Source: Oligoflexia bacterium (GTDB taxonomy: Bacteria > Bdellovibrionota > Bdellovibrionia > JABDDW01). From it: 64,000 nucleotides of DNA. The DNA is taken from the NCBI GenBank assembly GCA_043732305.1, contig JAYTHU010000062.1:62816-126815 (forward strand), written 5' to 3'. The position numbers and the translations under genes are program-made. Of this stretch, positions 60,277 to 64,000 are shown one piece after another. Below the pieces are notes generated by a model that saw only the letters and a list, made by a program, of their open reading frames with translations, was not told the DNA's origin and made no database searches. The stretch's first letter is position 1. Every line of letters starts with the position of its first letter.

Positions 60277-61163
60277 TTTTTCTCCAACTGAGGTAAAATC
60301 TCTTCGAGTAATTCTTGGCCACGAACATTTTTTAAAACTTGAGTGATTCCGATAAAATCGCCAGACCATTTTTTTAATCGATGCATTTGCTTCAACTGAC
60401 TATCTTCACGGAATCGCAAATAATCTAAAAATTCCAACGCTCCTGGATCATGAATGTTCTTAGCGAGTAGTGACTTCTCCACATCGCTCAATCCAGATTT
60501 TGAAATCTGATTACAAATCACGGAAATATCGGCATTGAATTCTTTTTTAAGATTCTCGCCGAGTTCCATCATTTCGTTCACAGGCAGATCTTCAGGGCGA
60601 GCCACCAAAATGTATTTCACAAAAGTGGGATCGCTGATCACTCGATCAATGCCTTGCGCTTGCTCATGAAGTGGTCCGATTTTAAAGGTAGATCCGAGAC
60701 CACGAGGAGCTCGTAAAAGGGCCATGAAATGCCCAGTGCTATAGCCATCCACCACCAAAACTTCGTAATCGGAAAAAATAATCCCCCGAATGTCACTGGT
60801 GAGTTTTCCTAATATAGAAAGCTCGGGAAGCGCAGGAGCCGCTCCTATAAAGGACTTCATGACTTTATTTTGGAAAAGAAGATCATAAAGTTTGGGAATC
60901 TTCAGATAATTGAGCGCATATTCTCGCAAGGAATCTTCAGGAGTGAGCAAGGAAATATGAACCTGGGGAATGACTTCGCTAGGTTCGTAAGTGATTCCGC
61001 GGGTTTCAAAGAAAGATTCGTAGAAACTTTGGTGGCCCAGTTCCATCAGGCACACCCGCCTGCCACGTCTTGCTTCGCGAACGGCAATGGCAGCCGCAGT
61101 CAGGCTTTTTCCGACGCCGCCTTTTCCAGTTACAAAAATGAGTTTCTTAGATGATAAATCCAT
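60255..61163 (-). CDS. ArsA/Get3 family ATPase (copy A)
   Basis: VTGKGGVGKS, AAPALPEL..LGK, VVDGYSTGH, PEDLPVNE. Confidence 0.85.
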   Translation of the reverse strand: MDLSSKKLIFVTGKGGVGKSLTAAAIAVREARRGRRVCLMELGHQSFYESFFETRGITYEPSEVIPQVHISLLTPEDSLREYALNYLKIPKLYDLLFQNKVMKSFIGAAPALPELSILGKLTSDIRGIIFSDYEVLVVDGYSTGHFMALLRAPRGLGSTFKIGPLHEQAQGIDRVISDPTFVKYILVARPEDLPVNEMMELGENLKKEFNADISVICNQISKSGLSDVEKSLLAKNIHDPGALEFLDYLRFREDSQLKQMHRLKKWSGDFIGITQVLKNVRGQELLEEILPQLEKNWDLTSS

Positions 61164-61264
61164 AGTTAATTTGTTGATTTTATCCAGCTTCTACCTTATT
61201 TTGCACCCTTAATCTCAAAGATGTTGCCCATGGAATTTTTTCCCGCGAATCGTAAAGGAATCAG

Positions 61265-62578
61265 ATGAAATCCGATATTCAAAAATTAGAAGGCCTCAGC
61301 CGCAAATTACAAGTGGAAGTTCCAGCAGATATCGTAAATGCTGCACTGGACAAAATGTACAAAGAAGTACAACGCAAAGCAAAATTTGCCGGTTTCAGGC
61401 CAGGTAAAGCCCCAATAGAAAAAGTTAAATCTCAGTATAAAACCGATGTTGAATATGACGTGGTGGATCGCATCGTTCGCGAACATTACACCAAGGCACT
61501 CGATGAGCATGACATTTATCCCGTCAGCATGCCTGCTATTGATTTTGAACCGCTTAAAGCTAACGAGCCTTTCAAATTCACTGCTGTTTTCGAAGTTCGC
61601 CCTGATGTGAAATTGAAAAAGTATAAAGGCCTTGAAGTTGAAAAAGAAATTTTAGATGTTAAAGATGAAGTGGTCGATAAAATCATTGAAGACATCCGCT
61701 CTTCAAAAGCGACGATTGTTCCTGTTATCGAACTTCGTGCTGCCCAATTAGGCGACATGGCCGTGATCGATTTTGAAGGCAAAATTGATGGAGAGCTGCT
61801 CCCCGGCGGAACCGCTAAAGAACACATGTTGGAACTTGGTTCGAAAAATTTCATTGAAGGTTTTGAAGAAGGAATCATCGGGATGAATCCTGGTGATAAA
61901 AAAACCATTCACCTCAAGTTCCCTGAAAATTATCAAGAAGTCGCCATCTCTGGAAAGCCTGTGGATTTCGAAGTCACCTTGAAAGAAATCAAAAAGAAAG
62001 TTCTTCCTGTGATGGATGACGAGTTTGCCAAAACCTTAGGCAATCATGATTCCGTGTCTCATTTGCGCGCAGAAGTGAAAAAAGATGTCACCCAATCTGA
62101 AGAAAAACGCGTGAAAGATGATTTGAAAACACGCATCCTCCAAGCACTTGTCACTGCAAATGATTTTGAAGTTCCTCAGTCCATGCTGAAAGAACAAAAA
62201 GACATTCTGATTGAAGATGTTCATGGCCGAATGAAGCAAGATGGAATGACAGAATCACAATTTGAAGACTACAAAGTCAAATGGGATGCCGATTTCAATA
62301 AATCCGCAAAATTCATTGTGTGCTCGAGCATGCTAGTGAACACCGTTGCAAAGGAAGAAAAGCTTTTAGCAACTCCTGCTGATTTCGAAGAACGCATGGA
62401 AAAATATGCGAAGCAATCAGGAATGGAAATCGAAAAAATAAAAGCATTCTACGCAAAGGACGAAAATAAATCCCGCGTGATGTTCCAGCTCACCGAAGAA
62501 AAAGTGATGGAGCTTTTGATCGCTGAATCAAAAATAAAAGAATTGCCGAAATCTAAACTTACTAAGGCTGCAGAATAA
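61265..62578 (+). CDS. tig: Trigger factor
   Basis: GFRPGKAP, FEVRP, FKBP domain IDFEG...LGS.NFIEGFEE, FPENY. Confidence 0.97.
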   Translation: MKSDIQKLEGLSRKLQVEVPADIVNAALDKMYKEVQRKAKFAGFRPGKAPIEKVKSQYKTDVEYDVVDRIVREHYTKALDEHDIYPVSMPAIDFEPLKANEPFKFTAVFEVRPDVKLKKYKGLEVEKEILDVKDEVVDKIIEDIRSSKATIVPVIELRAAQLGDMAVIDFEGKIDGELLPGGTAKEHMLELGSKNFIEGFEEGIIGMNPGDKKTIHLKFPENYQEVAISGKPVDFEVTLKEIKKKVLPVMDDEFAKTLGNHDSVSHLRAEVKKDVTQSEEKRVKDDLKTRILQALVTANDFEVPQSMLKEQKDILIEDVHGRMKQDGMTESQFEDYKVKWDADFNKSAKFIVCSSMLVNTVAKEEKLLATPADFEERMEKYAKQSGMEIEKIKAFYAKDENKSRVMFQLTEEKVMELLIAESKIKELPKSKLTKAAE

Positions 62579-62579
62579 C

Positions 62580-62900
62580 TTACTGAGTCAGATCGACTGA
62601 CGAAAACCAATACAAGTGTTTTGGCTGCTCTTCGGCGTCGAAATGGATTTTTTCTGGATATCTTAATATGATTGGAAAAAATCCATTTTTTAAAGCGAGT
62701 GCTTTTGATTCTTCATTTTCCGTCATCACTCTCAATAAAATTACGGGGTTTTGAAGATTTTCTTTGGCAAATTTCATTATCATTTGAAGAGCTTCAGTTA
62801 GAATATTTTTGCATGAATTAAAGTATTGCAAAGAATGAGAAATCCCAGAATTTAAAGACAGTGCAATAAAAATGAAAAGGCTCGCTGAAATAACTCTCAT
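62580..62900 (-). CDS. Small secreted protein resembling the C-terminal half of a RimJ/RimL GNAT acetyltransferase (possibly internally deleted)
   Basis: Signal peptide, SCKNIL, then TEALQMIMKFA...LLRVMTENEESKALALKNGF. Confidence 0.5.
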   Translation of the reverse strand: MRVISASLFIFIALSLNSGISHSLQYFNSCKNILTEALQMIMKFAKENLQNPVILLRVMTENEESKALALKNGFFPIILRYPEKIHFDAEEQPKHLYWFSSVDLTQ

Positions 62901-62903
62901 AAA

Positions 62904-63794
62904 TCAATGAGGTACCTCAGGATTCACCTTTAAAATATTGGCTAAACTTAGAATGCAATTTTTCACTTTAAAGCTCCAATTTTCTTCTCTTCGTCTTTCA
63001 CCGATAGCCGCAGCCATGCGAATGCGTACATCCTGGGGGAGCATAGAGAAACTTTTCCTAGCTAAATTACTACTATTAAAAACGGTGTGGTGGTCTGACC
63101 ACCAAGATCGGACAATGGTGTTTGAAAAATCAAACAGAATCCACTTCTGGCCATTCCAACCCAGCTGCTCCGAATGAAAGTCGTAGATATTACTAAACTC
63201 CCAAGTCTTGCCCGCAAATTCAATCAGGGCATCATAGAATAGATTTTTGTCTTTGATCAGCCTTGCTCGATTCTTGCTTTTGATCAACTCAGAAAGAGTG
63301 AATTGCACATGAATGTCTTCGACAACTATGTATTCGCCAAAAAGACTTACTGATTCATAAACTGTTGGAATGGGAATTCCAGATTTGCGCAGCGATTTAT
63401 GGCCTTCTAAATAAAACTTTAGAAAATCAGTGTAACGAGAAGAGATTTTTTTTTGAGCCATCAAGATCTCTTGGCTATCAGAACTAAATGTTTTTATCTC
63501 CCGCTCAAAAAATCCTGATCGTAAGGGGATACGTAGAACGCGCTCATTTCCAATTCCCAAAACTAGAGTCAAATTTCCATGGCCTATGATGTTTTGGATT
63601 TTAAAAATCTTGCCGTTACTGAATTGGATAGAATCACCTGGAACCAAGTGTTCAACTATTCGGTCGTAGCGCTCCACTTGATGGCCAGGAAAATCAAAAA
63701 GAATAAAGTTCGCGGCAAGTGCGTGTTGACTTATGAGCCCGAAAGGCAGTGATAAAAAAACTGTTTTAATAATACTCCAACCCATCGATTTCAT
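62904..63794 (-). CDS. Secreted protein-kinase-like fold protein
   Basis: Signal peptide ending ALA; FKIQNIIGHG...VLRIP, YIVVEDI, DFHSEQL...WILFDF. Confidence 0.55.
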   Translation of the reverse strand: MKSMGWSIIKTVFLSLPFGLISQHALAANFILFDFPGHQVERYDRIVEHLVPGDSIQFSNGKIFKIQNIIGHGNLTLVLGIGNERVLRIPLRSGFFEREIKTFSSDSQEILMAQKKISSRYTDFLKFYLEGHKSLRKSGIPIPTVYESVSLFGEYIVVEDIHVQFTLSELIKSKNRARLIKDKNLFYDALIEFAGKTWEFSNIYDFHSEQLGWNGQKWILFDFSNTIVRSWWSDHHTVFNSSNLARKSFSMLPQDVRIRMAAAIGERRREENWSFKVKNCILSLANILKVNPEVPH

Positions 63795-64000
63795 TTGGAA
63801 ACCATAGGAGCAAGACTTATTCCAATTGGGGCTCAATCACGGCAGATTTAGACTGTCCGGCATTCAATTTCTTGAACTTAATTCAAACAGACTAGCCAAA
63901 AAGAAGCCGTGTTCAGTCCCTCTCCGTAATTAGTTGGGGTTTGGCATAGTGTAGTAAAAATCGTCAGTGTTTATATGGTGATGGTTTAGGTAGCCGCAAC

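Noticed and set aside
59131..61163. Arsenic resistance operon
   Set aside because: No arsB/acr3/arsC/arsR/arsD, and the motif pattern fits Get3-like paralogues.
63817..64000. Possible minus-strand gene end with an internal TAA at the window edge
   Set aside because: Too short and truncated to support any call.

Overview
Compact bacterial chromosomal segment, most consistent with a Bdellovibrionota-like (predatory) organism. This is inferred from gene content only. Housekeeping blocks: clpP-clpX-lon, pepA, an AceE-like single-chain E1, an oppABC-X-DF peptide ABC transporter, trxB, trmB, exbBD, lipA-E2-lpdA-lipB, ppx, gshA, two ArsA/Get3-like ATPases, tig and tRNA-Val(TAC). These are interspersed with many signal-peptide-bearing orphans. 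The supplied ORF track has one error: the leucyl aminopeptidase ORF 12544..14163 is labelled '-' but reads on the + strand. Main leads: (1) exported-looking proteins, some with normally cytoplasmic enzyme folds (circularly permuted ATP-grasp, kinase-like, GNAT remnant), share a short C-x-x-[STI]-L motif, and two sigma54-type promoters precede secreted orphans; (2) a stand-alone GspE_N/MshEN-like protein is translationally coupled inside the opp operon; (3) a nucleotidyltransferase + wHTH two-gene module has an operator-like repeat in its promoter; (4) a ~3.2 kb decaying islet (phytochelatin-synthase and histidine-kinase pseudogenes) is bounded by a 29-bp direct repeat; (5) a duplicated tRNA 3' end lies next to tRNA-Val; (6) there is an in-frame-stop split lipoprotein and a probable AUU start. 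All family assignments come from motif recognition by eye; no searches were run.
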